Assembly (NCBI GenBank): GCA_030922375.1
Contig: JAVEPB010000113.1
Span: 9,824-73,823, forward strand
From: a bacterium
GTDB taxonomy: Bacteria > UBA8248
Direction: 5' to 3'
Length of the DNA: 64,000 bases
The position numbers and the translations under genes were made by a program. Positions 29,682-40,222 of the stretch are shown in pieces. The notes below the pieces were generated by a model. That model made no database searches, was not told the DNA's origin, and saw only the letters and a program-made list of their open reading frames with translations. How positions within the stretch are numbered: position 1 is the first letter of the stretch; the number at the start of each line of letters is the position of its first letter.

Positions 29682-30813
29682 TTAGCTATGGGGCCCCGCC
29701 TCGGCCCGGCTCTCAATCAGGGACAATAAATAAGCGTCGATGAATTTGTCGATGTCGCCGTCGAGAACGGAATCGACGTTCGACGTTTCAATATCGGTTC
29801 GGTGGTCTTTCACCATCTGGTATGGATGGAGGATATAGGACCGTATCTGGCTTCCGAAGCTAATCGATTTTTTCGCGGCGTGCTGGAGCTCTTTTTCCTC
29901 TTCTCGTTTTTGCATCTCTAGCTTATAGAGCTGCCCACGCAGGAGCTTCATCGCCGTGGCCCGGTTTTTGTGTTGGCTCCGCTCGTTCTGACAGGTGACG
30001 ACGATGCCGGTGGGCGCATGGGTGATGCGTACGGCCGAGTCGGTCGTGTTCACATGCTGGCCGCCGGCGCCCGAGCTGCGGTAGACATCGATTCGCAGAT
30101 CGCTCTCGACGATTTCGATCTCCACGTCGTCGGAGACCTCGGGCACGACGTCCACCGAGGCGAACGAGGTGTGGCGCCGCGAGGCGGCATCAAAGGGCGA
30201 TATTCGCACCAGACGGTGGACGCCCATCTCCGCCCGAAGGTAGCCGTAAGCGTAATCCCCGGTAATGATGAAGGTGGCGTTCTTGATGCCCGCCTCCTCG
30301 CCGGGCAGGACCGAGACCAGCTTGGCCGTGCAGCCGTGGGCTTCCGCCCACCGGGCGTACATCCGGAGGAGGATTTCGGCCCAATCCTGGCTCTCCACCC
30401 CGCCCGCCCCGGCGTTCACCGAGAGGATGGCGTTGCCCGGATCTTCCTCGGAGTCCATGACAAGGCGAAATTCGAGGCGTCCTTGCTCCGCTTCGATGGC
30501 CTCTAGGGCTTCGGCGAGTTCGCCGAGCAGATCCGGATCGGGGGTGCCCTCCTCCATTTCCATGAGCTGGGTGAGCTCGCTTTGTTCGGTGAGTTTTTTC
30601 TGGAGGTCGGCCCAGGCGTCGATCGTCCGCTGGAGGGAGGCGCGCCGCTTCAAGGTGTTTTGGGCCGCGTCCGCGTCGTCCCAGAACTTCTCGCCGGCGG
30701 CGAGTTTGTCCAGCCTGGCGCACTCGGCTTCGAGTTCGTCGAGGTCAAAGCCGACCTCGGAGTTCAAGGAGCCGCGCTTCGAGCCAGTCGATTTTCTTCA
30801 GATACTCTTCCAT
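29682..30813 (-). CDS. prfB: Peptide chain release factor 2, expressed via programmed +1 frameshift
   Basis: Frame 0 is ATG 30813 MEEYLKKIDWLEARLLELRGRL followed by TGA. The +1 frame continues DLDELEAECARLDKL... to 29682. RF2 motifs are SPF (VRISPFDA) and GGQ (SGAGGQHVNTTDSAVRITH). Confidence 0.9.
30744..30750 (-). other. RF2 autoregulatory +1 frameshift site CTT TGA C
   Basis: The minus strand reads GAGGT CGG CTT TGA C. An SD-like GAGG lies 3 nt before the CTT slippery codon, followed by an in-frame TGA and then C. This is the same layout as the E. coli prfB site. Confidence 0.85.
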
Positions 30814-30881
30814 CGATTTCTCACCTCTGCGCGGGAGCGCATTTTATAGCAATTGCTGCCGGGCGACCGGCGGCAATCATA

Positions 30882-32414
30882 TCATAACCGCGAATGGCCG
30901 CGGACCACCGCCAGCCACCCCATGAGAAGCATTACGGCGAAGCACACGAGGGCAAACACATCCCCCAACCGCGCATAGAGAGTGGGAGAGGCCTTCCGGG
31001 GCGAGATGACTCCGGCCCACCGCCATTTTTCAAATAACGGGCTCCTGAGGCGAATCGCCCCGGTGGCATCGACGATAGCGCTGATTCCGGTGTTCGCGGC
31101 GCGCACAATCGGGGTGCGCAGCTCCACCGCCCTCATCGCCGCCATCGAAAGATGCTGCTCGGAAGCGGCCGTGCGCCCGAACCAGGCGTCGTTGGTGATG
31201 TTGACGAGAAATCCCGCCCCGGCCATGCGCCGGACGACGCGGGGGAAAATCACCTCAAAGCAGATGAGGACCCCGAATTTCCCTCCGGGCACATCGAAGA
31301 TTCGGGCTTCCTCCCCCTCGCCGAACCGCCCGATGATGGGGACGAGTTTCTCCACGAAAAACAAAAGCGGGCGCAACGGTATATATTCGCCAAACGGAAC
31401 CAGATGCATCTTGTCGTAGCGGCCCGCGCTCCGGCCGTCAGGCCCCAGAAGATAGGCCGAGTTGTAGAGGCTGATAGGCCCCTCCCCCCGTTTCGCCGAG
31501 AGCGAGCCGAACAGGAGATAGCTCCCCGCGCGCCCGGCGATTTCGGCGAGGCGCTTTTGCCAACGGGGCTCCTCGGAATAGACGAACGGGGCCGCCGCCT
31601 CGGGCCAGACAATAAGCGGCGGAACGGGCCTGCCCCGGCCGCTGAAATCCCGGGTCAGGGCCTCGGTCAGCTTTTCGAGATCCCCCACGATGGCTTCCCG
31701 CCGCCCCGGCTTCCATTTCGCCGAGGGCCGGGTGTCGGGCTGGACGATTCCGACGGGCCGGGGCGGACCCATCTCCCCCGGCACCTCGAGGAGCCTGAGA
31801 TAGCCGTAGCCCAGCACGAGCGCCGCCAAGGCCACTCCGCAGCCGAGAACGACGAAGGGAGCGCGGTCCGGGTGGCGGAAAAAATGCCAAAGAATCGCGT
31901 TGATCAGGACAATAAAAAACGAGACGCCGTAGACGCCGAAAAGATCGGCGATCTGGATTACCGGCAGAATGCTGTATTGGCTGTAGCCTAGCAGTGCCCA
32001 AGGAAAGCCCGAGAGAACATAGGCGCGGGCGAGTTCCAAGGCGACCCAGAAGACCGGGGCCATGAACATGCGGGCGTATCCCGCCTCGGGCGTAATCCAG
32101 ATAAGCAGGTAGCCGAAGGCGCCCACGTAGAGCCCGATATAGGCCGCGAGGGTCACCGCCAGAAGCCAGGCCAGCGGAGAGGGCAGCCCCCCGTAGTTGA
32201 CCATCGTCACCTCGACCCACCAGATGATGATCAAATAGCCGACAAATCCGGCCACGAAGCCGAGGATCAGCCCGTCGAGCGGATGTCTCCGGTCGAGGAC
32301 CCAAAGGAGCGGAAAGAGCGCCACCCACGCTATCGCCTCAAAGGAAAAAGGTGGGAACAAAAAGCCCAGCAATATCCCCGAGAAGGCGGCATAACCCAGA
32401 TCGCGCGGCCTCAA
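30882..32414 (-). CDS. lnt: Apolipoprotein N-acyltransferase
   Basis: 510 aa. Multiple N-terminal TM helices, then a CN-hydrolase domain (LIVWPEAA..., LICFEVIFP..., NITNDAWFG). Confidence 0.9.
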   Translation of the reverse strand: MRPRDLGYAAFSGILLGFLFPPFSFEAIAWVALFPLLWVLDRRHPLDGLILGFVAGFVGYLIIIWWVEVTMVNYGGLPSPLAWLLAVTLAAYIGLYVGAFGYLLIWITPEAGYARMFMAPVFWVALELARAYVLSGFPWALLGYSQYSILPVIQIADLFGVYGVSFFIVLINAILWHFFRHPDRAPFVVLGCGVALAALVLGYGYLRLLEVPGEMGPPRPVGIVQPDTRPSAKWKPGRREAIVGDLEKLTEALTRDFSGRGRPVPPLIVWPEAAAPFVYSEEPRWQKRLAEIAGRAGSYLLFGSLSAKRGEGPISLYNSAYLLGPDGRSAGRYDKMHLVPFGEYIPLRPLLFFVEKLVPIIGRFGEGEEARIFDVPGGKFGVLICFEVIFPRVVRRMAGAGFLVNITNDAWFGRTAASEQHLSMAAMRAVELRTPIVRAANTGISAIVDATGAIRLRSPLFEKWRWAGVISPRKASPTLYARLGDVFALVCFAVMLLMGWLAVVRGHSRL

Positions 32415-34366
32415 GGTGCGTGCTCCTCTCCCGCCGCTTCCGCCGGCGATTCCGCATTCTCGCGCCCGCCGAGATGCTCCCGGATGGCCCCCACCAGCCG
32501 GGGGGTAACCCCGGCGACGACCAGAAGCTGCTCGTCGGTGGCATCGACCACCCCGCGCAGGCTCCCGAAGGCGCGCAGAAGGTCCCGGCGCCGCTTCGGT
32601 CCGAGACCCGGCACGTCGTCGAGGCCGCTGTGGAGATCCTCTTTCGCGCGGCGGCTGCGGTGATAGGTCACAGCGAAGCGGTGCACTTCGTCGCGGATCC
32701 GCTGGAGGAGGAGCTTTTCGGGGCTGCCCTCCTCCATCCGCACGGGCTCCGAGACCCCCGGCAGGAAGAAGACATCCTGATCCCCGGGGTTATCCTTCGT
32801 CCTTCCCTTCGAGATCGAGCAAAGCCCGAGGTCGGCGACGCCCACCTCCTCGAGCGCCTGGGCGGCCGAGGAGAGTTGCCCTTTTCCGCCGTCGATGAGA
32901 ATCAGGCCGGGCTTCTCGCTCCCCTCGTTCACGATCCGCTCCATGCGCCGCGAGACAATCTCGCGCATCGCCGCGAAATCGTCGGCTTGTCCGACAACCG
33001 ATCGGATCCGGTAGCGGCGATAGCCGTCCTTGAGCGGGCGCCCCTCGCGGAAGGTCACGCTCGCGCCGACAATATGGCTTCCGTGGAGATTCGAAATATC
33101 AAACGCCTCGATGCGGGCGGGCAGATCGTCCAGCCCCAGCGCCCGGCGGATCGCCTCGAGCGTCGCCTGGTCCTTGCTCAGGCGCACCTCGTCGCGCTCG
33201 AGCGATTCCCCGGCGTTTTCGGAGGCCATCTCGACCAGGCGGCGCTTCCCCCCTCGCCGGGGGGTGAGAACCGCCACCTTCCGTCCCCGGCGCTCGGAGA
33301 GCCACCGGGCGATCAACTCCGCATCCGGCGGCGGCGCGGGCAGCAGAACCTCGGCCGGGAAGTAGGACTGTCCCATGTAGTACTGCTTCACGAAACTCGA
33401 TACGGCCTCACCCGAGCCCACCCCGGCCTTCAGGGGGACGGTGAAGCCCTGGTCGCCCAACATCCGCCCCCCGCGCACGAAGAAGAGCCGGAAGTACGCC
33501 CGGTCGTCCTTCCGGTGGAGGCCGAGGATGTCCTGGTCACCACCGAGGACGGTGACCATCTCCTGTTTTTCGAACACGACCTCGATGGCGCGGAGCTGAT
33601 CGCGCGTCCTTGCGGCTTTCTCGAACCTGAGCGCCTCGGAGTGCTCCGCCATATCGCGGCGGAGTTTCGTCTCGAGCTCGGTGTTTTTTCCCTTGAGAAA
33701 GTTCAGGGCATCACCGATCTTCGCGCTGTACTCCTCTTTCGTCTGAAGACCGTCGCAGGGGCCAAGACATTGGCCCATCTGATAATAGATGCACCGCTTC
33801 GCGGTCTTGTCGTCGAGGCTCCCGGTGCAGGCACGGATATTAAAGGTTTTGTGCAGGAAGCGAATCGTCCGGCGCAAGCGCCCCGAGGCCGGAAACGGGC
33901 CCATGTACTCCGCCCCGTCGCCCGCCGGGCTCCGCACGATGCTCAGGCGAGGGTATTCCTCGTTCGTGCTGAGCTTGAGATACGGAAAGTGCTTGTCGTC
34001 GCGCAGGAGAAGGTTGTGCCGGGGCCTGTGCCGCTTGATGTAGTTGTTCTCGAGGATGAGGGCCTCGACCCCGGTCGAGGTGACGATGTGCTCGACCGAC
34101 GAAACCTCACCCACCATTTTTTCGATCCAGGGACCGCGGCCGGTCGATTTTCCAAAATAACTCCGGACCCGGCTTCGCAGTTTGACGGCCTTGCCGATGT
34201 AGAGCACATCGCCCGATTCATTTTTGAAAATATAAATACCGGGTTTTTCGGGCAGGCGTTTGATCGCCTCGCGGTCGAAAAGCGCGGGAGCCGGAGCGCC
34301 ATCGGAGGCTGCTACTGGCGCGTCTTTCTCTCCGGCGGCTTCCGCTTTACCCTTTTGCGCCATCAC
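32411..34366 (-). CDS. uvrC: Excinuclease ABC subunit C
   Basis: GIY-YIG ([19 protein letters not shown]), UVR motif, and a C-terminal (HhH)2 region ([21 protein letters not shown]). Confidence 0.92.
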   Translation of the reverse strand: MMAQKGKAEAAGEKDAPVAASDGAPAPALFDREAIKRLPEKPGIYIFKNESGDVLYIGKAVKLRSRVRSYFGKSTGRGPWIEKMVGEVSSVEHIVTSTGVEALILENNYIKRHRPRHNLLLRDDKHFPYLKLSTNEEYPRLSIVRSPAGDGAEYMGPFPASGRLRRTIRFLHKTFNIRACTGSLDDKTAKRCIYYQMGQCLGPCDGLQTKEEYSAKIGDALNFLKGKNTELETKLRRDMAEHSEALRFEKAARTRDQLRAIEVVFEKQEMVTVLGGDQDILGLHRKDDRAYFRLFFVRGGRMLGDQGFTVPLKAGVGSGEAVSSFVKQYYMGQSYFPAEVLLPAPPPDAELIARWLSERRGRKVAVLTPRRGGKRRLVEMASENAGESLERDEVRLSKDQATLEAIRRALGLDDLPARIEAFDISNLHGSHIVGASVTFREGRPLKDGYRRYRIRSVVGQADDFAAMREIVSRRMERIVNEGSEKPGLILIDGGKGQLSSAAQALEEVGVADLGLCSISKGRTKDNPGDQDVFFLPGVSEPVRMEEGSPEKLLLQRIRDEVHRFAVTYHRSRRAKEDLHSGLDDVPGLGPKRRRDLLRAFGSLRGVVDATDEQLLVVAGVTPRLVGAIREHLGGRENAESPAEAAGEEHAP

Positions 34367-36381
34367 TGGACCCGCGCTCCACCCCGGATGCCGAGTTGGC
34401 GGCGCTCGATGGCGATGATCCGGTCGCGAAGCTCCGCGGCGCTCTCGAATTCGAGCTTCTGGGCCGCCTCGCGCATCCGGGCGCGGAGCTCCTCGAGGTC
34501 CACGGCCTCCTCCTCTGTCATCTCGCCGTAGACGGCCTCCTCCTCCGCCGCGCCCTCGGTGATGTCAACGTAGTCATATTCCCCGACATTTTCGATCAAC
34601 TCGTCCATCCGCCGGCTTATCGAACGCGGGGTGATGCCGTTCTCCTCATTGTAGGCGATCTGGAATTTCCGGCGGCGGGCCATCTCGTCCATCGCCCGCC
34701 GCATGGAGTCGGTGACCCGGTCCGCATACATGATTACCCGCCCGTCCACGTGGCGCGACGCCCGGCCCGAGGTCTGAATCAGCGCGGTCTCCGAGCGCAG
34801 GAACCCCTCCTTGTCGGCGTCGAAGACGGCCACGAGCGCCACCTCGGGCAGGTCGAGCCCCTCCCTCAGCAGATTGATTCCGATCAGCACGTCGAACTCT
34901 CCCGAGCGCAGATCGCGGATGATCTTCACACGCTCGAGGGTCTCGATGTCGCTGTGCATGTAGCGGACGCGGACGCCGAGGTCTTCGTAGTACTCGGTCA
35001 GGTCCTCGGAGAACCGCTTGGTCAGTGTGGTGACGAGAACCCGCTCGCCGCGTTTTGCCGATTTGCGCACCTCGGCGAGCAAATCGTCCACCTGGCCCTG
35101 CACAGGGCGAATCTCCACCGGCGGGTCCACCAGCCCGGTCGGGCGAAGAAGCTGCTCGACGACAACGCCTCCGCTTTTTTCCAGCTCGTAGGGCCCCGGC
35201 GTGGCCGAGGTGTAGACTACGCTGGCCGTCTCCTCCTCGAACTCCTCGAATTTGAGCGGCCGGTTGTCGAGAGCCGAGGGGAGGCGGAAACCGTAGCGGA
35301 CGAGGTTTTCCTTCCGCGAGCGGTCGCCCTTATACATCGCCCGGATCTGGGGAACGCTCTGGTGGCTCTCGTCCACGATGACGAGATGGTCCTTCGCCAA
35401 ATAGTTAAACAACGTCGCCGGCGGCTCGCCCGGCTCGCGGCCGTCCAGGTGGCGGCTGTAGTTCTCGACGCCGTGGCAGTAGCCCACCTCGCGGAGCATC
35501 TCCATGTCCTGGAGGGTCCGCTGGCGGACGCGCTGCGCCTCGAGTTCGAGTCCCTCGGCGTTGAGATCGGTCACTTGAGTCCAAAGTTCTTCCTTGATGT
35601 TCTCCATCGCCCGCGACAAGCGCTCCTCGGGGGTGATGTAGTGGCTGTTCGGATAAATCTCGATTTGATCGATCGGCCTCAGCACGGTCCCGCGCAGGGG
35701 GTCGATCTCGCTAATTTCGTCGATTTCATCCCCGAAGAATTCAACGCGAATGGCCTCGTCTTCCTCATGAGCGGGGAGGACCTCCACCACGTCTCCCCGC
35801 GCGCGGAACGAGGCGCGGGAGAGTTCGATGTCGTTGCGGCGATACTGAATGCGAACGAGCTGGGTGAGCAATTCCTCGCGGTTCATCTCCTGGCCGCGCT
35901 CGAGATGAATGTGGAGGTCGTAGTAATCGGACGGGGAGCCAAGGCCGTATATCGAACTGACGCTGGCGACGATGATGATATCGCGCCGTGTGAGGGCGGA
36001 CCGGGTGGCCGAGTGGCGCAGCCGATCCAGCTCGTCGTTGATAGCGGCGTCTTTTTCGATGTAGGTGTCCGTCGTCGCGACGTAGGCCTCGGGCTGATAG
36101 TAATCGTAGTAGCTGACAAAGTACTCGACGGCGTTGTGCGGAAAAAAGCCCTTGAACTCATTGAAAAGCTGGGCGGCGAGAGTCTTGTTGTGGGCGATGA
36201 CGAGGGTGGGCTTCTCCAGGCGGGCGATGACGTTCGCCATGGTGAAGGTTTTTCCCGAACCGGTGACCCCGAGGAGGACCTGCTGGCGCTCGCCGGCTTC
36301 TAAGCCCTCCACGAGGGCGTCGATAGCCTGGGGCTGATCCGCGGTGGGTTGGAAATCGGAGGTAAGCTGAAACTCGCCCAT
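34363..36381 (-). CDS. uvrB: Excinuclease ABC subunit B
   Basis: [11 protein letters not shown] Walker A, DESH box ([11 protein letters not shown]), and a C-terminal UVR domain ([17 protein letters not shown]). Confidence 0.93.
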   Translation of the reverse strand: MGEFQLTSDFQPTADQPQAIDALVEGLEAGERQQVLLGVTGSGKTFTMANVIARLEKPTLVIAHNKTLAAQLFNEFKGFFPHNAVEYFVSYYDYYQPEAYVATTDTYIEKDAAINDELDRLRHSATRSALTRRDIIIVASVSSIYGLGSPSDYYDLHIHLERGQEMNREELLTQLVRIQYRRNDIELSRASFRARGDVVEVLPAHEEDEAIRVEFFGDEIDEISEIDPLRGTVLRPIDQIEIYPNSHYITPEERLSRAMENIKEELWTQVTDLNAEGLELEAQRVRQRTLQDMEMLREVGYCHGVENYSRHLDGREPGEPPATLFNYLAKDHLVIVDESHQSVPQIRAMYKGDRSRKENLVRYGFRLPSALDNRPLKFEEFEEETASVVYTSATPGPYELEKSGGVVVEQLLRPTGLVDPPVEIRPVQGQVDDLLAEVRKSAKRGERVLVTTLTKRFSEDLTEYYEDLGVRVRYMHSDIETLERVKIIRDLRSGEFDVLIGINLLREGLDLPEVALVAVFDADKEGFLRSETALIQTSGRASRHVDGRVIMYADRVTDSMRRAMDEMARRRKFQIAYNEENGITPRSISRRMDELIENVGEYDYVDITEGAAEEEAVYGEMTEEEAVDLEELRARMREAAQKLEFESAAELRDRIIAIERRQLGIRGGARVQ

Positions 36382-36528
36382 CGGTCAGAAAACCCATCGT
36401 TTAAAGAGGCGGCGCGTAATAAACGAAACCCAACAGGCTAATTTACCGAATCAAGGCGGGTTAATAAAGGCCCGGGGACGGTCAGGCCATCCGCTCAAGG
36501 TCAGGGAGCCTGATCAGGAGGTAGCGGC

Positions 36529-37053
36529 TCAGGAGCCGCCGGAGGGGTCGAGGTATTTCTCCCACGTCAGATGGGGCGAGGCGGTCATGCGCGGGTTCAT
36601 CCACTCGAAAGAATAGTACCTGGGTTTGCGGGCCGGGCGAAGCAGGCGCATCTCCGCCTCCTCGGGCAGACGGTTTCCCTTTCGGGCGTTGCACTTCCGG
36701 CAGCAGCAGACGACGTTCTCCCAGGTCGTGCGCCCGCCCCTTGAAAGGGGAGATATATGGTCGAGAGTGAGTTCGTTGGGCGAGCCGCAGTACTGACAGG
36801 TGTGCCCGTCGCGGCGGAAAACATTTTTCTTCGAAAAGGGGGCCTCGGCCTTGCGGGGAACCCGGACGTAGCGGAGGAGGCGAATCACCACCGGGAGGCG
36901 GAAATTAAGCCGCTCGCTGCGGACCATGAACCCGTCCACCTCGATGGTCTCCGCCTTGCCGAGGAGCATCATTCGGACCGCGCGCCGCGCGCCGCACACA
37001 TTAATGGGCTCGTAGGTCTGATTGAGCACAAGAACACGCACGGCTTCGATCAT
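36529..37053 (-). CDS. HNH endonuclease (McrA/COG1403-like, stand-alone)
   Basis: HNH core DGHTCQYCGSPNELTLDHISPLSRGGRTTWENVVCCCRKCNARKGN. 174 aa. Confidence 0.8.
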   Translation of the reverse strand: MIEAVRVLVLNQTYEPINVCGARRAVRMMLLGKAETIEVDGFMVRSERLNFRLPVVIRLLRYVRVPRKAEAPFSKKNVFRRDGHTCQYCGSPNELTLDHISPLSRGGRTTWENVVCCCRKCNARKGNRLPEEAEMRLLRPARKPRYYSFEWMNPRMTASPHLTWEKYLDPSGGS

Positions 37054-37322
37054 GCCACCTCCCTATTACGAGCGGAAACTGGATGAATCTCGAAGAAACA
37101 GCTACGGGCTAGAAACCCTTTATCTTATTTCGGGCCCCGTCTTGTCAACGCCTCGAACGGCATTCAGGAAAACACCCCGCTCCGGGGGCATCTAGCAACG
37201 CACCTTATGCGGTGCTCCGGTTGCGGCGTTCAAGAACGCGTTTTATCCTGCGGCGAGACGGCTCGCGCGGCCGCCCGGTGAATTTTCGCCCGGCCGCCCG
37301 GCCTGCGCCGTGAGGTGACCCC

Positions 37323-39539
37323 TTGGCATCGAGCAAACCCAAACGCGGAAAAATATTTCTGATCCTGGCCGCTATCGCCTTACTGACCGGCGCCGGGGCG
37401 GGAATGGGATTTTCCTATCTCTACGACTTCCCGGAACTCAAATACCTGCGCAACTACAGGCCCAGCACCATCACGCGGATACACGCCCGCGACGGCCAGC
37501 TTATCTCCGAACTCTACCAGGAGCGCAGGGTGCCGATCTCCCTCGCGAGAATCCCCGCCCGGATGCGGCAGGCCATCCTCGCCATCGAGGACGCGCGCTT
37601 CTACAAGCACCCCGGGGTGAGCACGCGCGACATCGTCCGCGCCTTCTGGCGCAACATACGGGCGCGGCGGCTCGTCCAGGGGGGGTCGACGATTACCCAG
37701 CAGCTCGCCAAGGTCCTCTTTCTCACCTCCGAGCGCACTCTCAAGCGCAAGATCAAAGAAGCCCTCCTCGCCCTCGAAATCGAGCGGCGGTTCACCAAGG
37801 ACGAAATCCTGGAATTTTATCTCAATCAGATATATCTCGGCAGCGGGGCCTACGGCGTCGAGGCCGCCGCGCGCGGCTACTTCGGAAAAGCCGTGGGCCA
37901 GCTCACCCTCCCCGAAGCGGCCACCATCGCCGGGCTGCCCAAGGCCCCCTCGCGCTTCAACCCGCGCACCCATCCCAAGCGGTCCCTGGGCCGCCGCCGC
38001 CTCGTCCTCCAGCGCATGCGCGAGGTCGGCTTCATCACCCCCGAGCAGGAGCGCGCCGCCGCCGGCGAGCCGATTCACCTCGTCCCCCGCGCCACGAACA
38101 CCGCCCCCGAGCTGGCCTACTTCGCCGAACGCATCCGCCGGCAGCTGAACCGCCGCTACGGCCCCGCCCTGTACCGGAGCGGCCTCTCGATCCACACCAC
38201 GCTCGACCTGGGCCTCCAGAAAGTCGTCCACGCCGCCCTCCTCAAGGGCATCGAGGAGATCAACCGCCGCCGGGGGTTCCTGCCCGCGGGCTGGAAGCGC
38301 CGACGCCCGCCTCGCCTGGGCGATAAGTATCAATTGCGCATCGCCGAGCTGGCCGGCGGGGTCATACGCGCCGCGGTCCGCGGCTACGAAGCCGCCCTCG
38401 AGATCCCCGGCCGCATCGACGCGCGCGCCCTCCGCGAGGGCGACCTCGTCCTCGGCCGGGTGATCCGGGTCGATCGCGACGGAAAGACAATGACCCTCGA
38501 GTGGCAGGACACCGTCCAGGGCGCCGCCGTCGCCTTCGACCCCCGCACCGGCGCTCTCCGCGCCCTCACCGGCGGCACGAATTTCCGCCGCTTTCAGTTC
38601 AACCGCGCCACCCAGGCCAAGCGCTCGCCCGGCTCCTCCTTCAAACCCGTCATCATGGCCGCCGCCCTCGTCAAGGGCTACACGCCCGCGCAAATCCTCA
38701 TGGACTCGCCCTTCGTCCGCCGCATGCCCGGCACCCCCCGCGAGTGGAAGCCCCGCAACTACACCAACAAATTCTACGGGCCCGTGACCATGCGATTCGC
38801 CCTCGAAAAATCCATCAACCTCGCCACCATCAAACTCCTCGACCAGATCAAGCCCAAGACCGCCATCACCTTCGCCCGGCGGCTCGGCATCCGCGCCCCG
38901 CTCATGCCCTACCTCTCGCTCGCGCTGGGCGCCTTCGAGATCACCCCCTACGAGTTCACCTCCGCCTACATCCCCTTCGCCACCGGCGGCATCCACGCCC
39001 GGCCCTACGACATCGTCAAGGTCACCGACGCCGGCCACCGCATCCTCGAGGAAAACGTCCCCCAGACCCACCGCGCCATCCCCCCCGAGGTCGCCTACCA
39101 GATTCGCTCCATGCTCCGGGGCGTCGTCCTCTCGGGCACCGCCCGGCGGGCACTCAAGCTCCCCGGCTTCGTCGCCGGCAAGACCGGCACCACGAACGAA
39201 TACCGAGACGCCTGGTTCATCGGTTTCGCCGACGACCTCATCCTCGGCGTCTGGGTCGGCCGCGACGACAACAAACAGATGGGCTACCGCGCCTCGGGGG
39301 GCACGGCCGCCCTGCCGATCTGGACCAAGATCATGAAATTCTGGCTCGACCGGAGGGAGCCCGTCCTCACCGCCACCCCCCCGTCCGGCGTCGCCCTCGT
39401 CCAGATCGACGCGCGCACCGGCCTCCTCCCCTCGCCCGCCTGCCCCGGCAAGACCCTCACCGAGGCATTCGTCCAGGGCACCGAACCGACGGAAAGGTGC
39501 AAGCGCAGAGCGACCGGGGAGGGGTTGTTTGGTGGTTAA
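37323..39539 (+). CDS. mrcA: Bifunctional class A penicillin-binding protein (PBP1A: glycosyltransferase + transpeptidase)
   Basis: GT51 motifs AILAIEDARFYKHPG and GGSTITQQLAK. Transpeptidase motifs SPGSSFKP (SxxK) and KTGTTN. TTG start. 738 aa. Confidence 0.92.
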   Translation: MASSKPKRGKIFLILAAIALLTGAGAGMGFSYLYDFPELKYLRNYRPSTITRIHARDGQLISELYQERRVPISLARIPARMRQAILAIEDARFYKHPGVSTRDIVRAFWRNIRARRLVQGGSTITQQLAKVLFLTSERTLKRKIKEALLALEIERRFTKDEILEFYLNQIYLGSGAYGVEAAARGYFGKAVGQLTLPEAATIAGLPKAPSRFNPRTHPKRSLGRRRLVLQRMREVGFITPEQERAAAGEPIHLVPRATNTAPELAYFAERIRRQLNRRYGPALYRSGLSIHTTLDLGLQKVVHAALLKGIEEINRRRGFLPAGWKRRRPPRLGDKYQLRIAELAGGVIRAAVRGYEAALEIPGRIDARALREGDLVLGRVIRVDRDGKTMTLEWQDTVQGAAVAFDPRTGALRALTGGTNFRRFQFNRATQAKRSPGSSFKPVIMAAALVKGYTPAQILMDSPFVRRMPGTPREWKPRNYTNKFYGPVTMRFALEKSINLATIKLLDQIKPKTAITFARRLGIRAPLMPYLSLALGAFEITPYEFTSAYIPFATGGIHARPYDIVKVTDAGHRILEENVPQTHRAIPPEVAYQIRSMLRGVVLSGTARRALKLPGFVAGKTGTTNEYRDAWFIGFADDLILGVWVGRDDNKQMGYRASGGTAALPIWTKIMKFWLDRREPVLTATPPSGVALVQIDARTGLLPSPACPGKTLTEAFVQGTEPTERCKRRATGEGLFGG

Positions 39540-39546
39540 CCTTCCA

Positions 39547-39629
39547 AAGGAAGGTTAGTTCGGCGAGTGAAGAGCGATGCCTGCTGCTTTCCCGGGGAAG
39601 GAAAGTTTAACGGCTTGAGTGAAGAGCGA
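39547..39629. repeat. Pair of ~30-nt direct repeats (AAGGAAGGTTAGTTCGGCGAGTGAAGAGCGA / GGAAGGAAAGTTTAACGGCTTGAGTGAAGAGCGA)
   Basis: Read directly from the sequence in the convergent gap between mrcA and the response regulator. A third related copy (GAAGGAAGGTTTAGCTCGGTGAGAGAGGAGGA) lies at about 40291-40324. Confidence 0.6.
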
Positions 39630-39685
39630 GAGGCCGTACGCCCCGATGACCCCGAAGACCGGGTTGAGAACGGCCCGGCCCCGTG

Positions 39686-40054
39686 TCAGCCGGTCAGATC
39701 GACGATCTTCGTCATGACGACCAGATTCAGGTAATTCAGGTCAACGGGCTTCCTGATGTAATCGTGCGCGCCCATTTTCATCGCGTCCCTGGCGATGTCT
39801 TCCTCCGCCACCGCCGTCACCATCACGACGGCGAGGCGCGGATCGATCTCCTTGGCTTTCTTGAGCGTCTCTATTCCGTTCATCCCCGGCATCGTTATAT
39901 CGAGAAGCATCAGGTGGGGGCGGTTCTCTTTGATCTTCTCTATCGCCTCCTCCCCGGTCAGGGCGGTTTCCACCTCATAATCCCGGTCCCTCAGTTCCTC
40001 CGCGAGGAAATCGAGCACTTCCGCCTCATCGTCCACGATCAGAATTCGCGCCAT
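39686..40054 (-). CDS. Single-domain response regulator (CheY-like receiver)
   Basis: ILIVDDEAEV ... LMLLDITMPGMNG ... VTAVAE ... YIRKP gives the acidic pocket, phospho-acceptor Asp, and conserved T/A and K. 122 aa with no output domain. Confidence 0.88.
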   Translation of the reverse strand: MARILIVDDEAEVLDFLAEELRDRDYEVETALTGEEAIEKIKENRPHLMLLDITMPGMNGIETLKKAKEIDPRLAVVMVTAVAEEDIARDAMKMGAHDYIRKPVDLNYLNLVVMTKIVDLTG

Positions 40055-40222
40055 CGTCAGCCATCCCCGGGAAGCCGGTCACCGCCCTTTCTCAGAACAC
40101 GCGATAAATTCTACACGGGTCATAATTTTTTTGCATTAAATCCGGAATCGCAAGTGTTGGCGGGGTTTTCCCCGGATAGGCGGCAAAGTTGAGCTTGGGC
40201 GCGCCGGCGGAGCGGGCGGAGA

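Noticed and set aside
30814-30881. 10-bp palindrome AGCAATTGCT and TATAAA-like box upstream of prfB as promoter/operator
   Set aside because: No acceptable -35 at a proper spacing by eye. This is too weak to report as a feature.
32351-34531. 726-aa plus-strand ORF antisense to uvrC/uvrB
   Set aside because: It crosses the gene boundary of two well-supported minus-strand genes. Low-complexity R/P/A/G composition.
34396-36303. 635-aa plus-strand ORF antisense to uvrB
   Set aside because: High-GC antisense artefact with no recognisable domains.
37380-39071. 563-aa minus-strand ORF antisense to mrcA
   Set aside because: Composition is dominated by G/D/E/V/A repeats, as is typical of the reverse frame of a GC-rich gene. 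mrcA motifs are on the plus strand.
38501-39610. 369-aa plus-strand alternate frame inside mrcA (R/P/H-rich)
   Set aside because: Low-complexity alternate-frame read-through. No evidence for overprinting.
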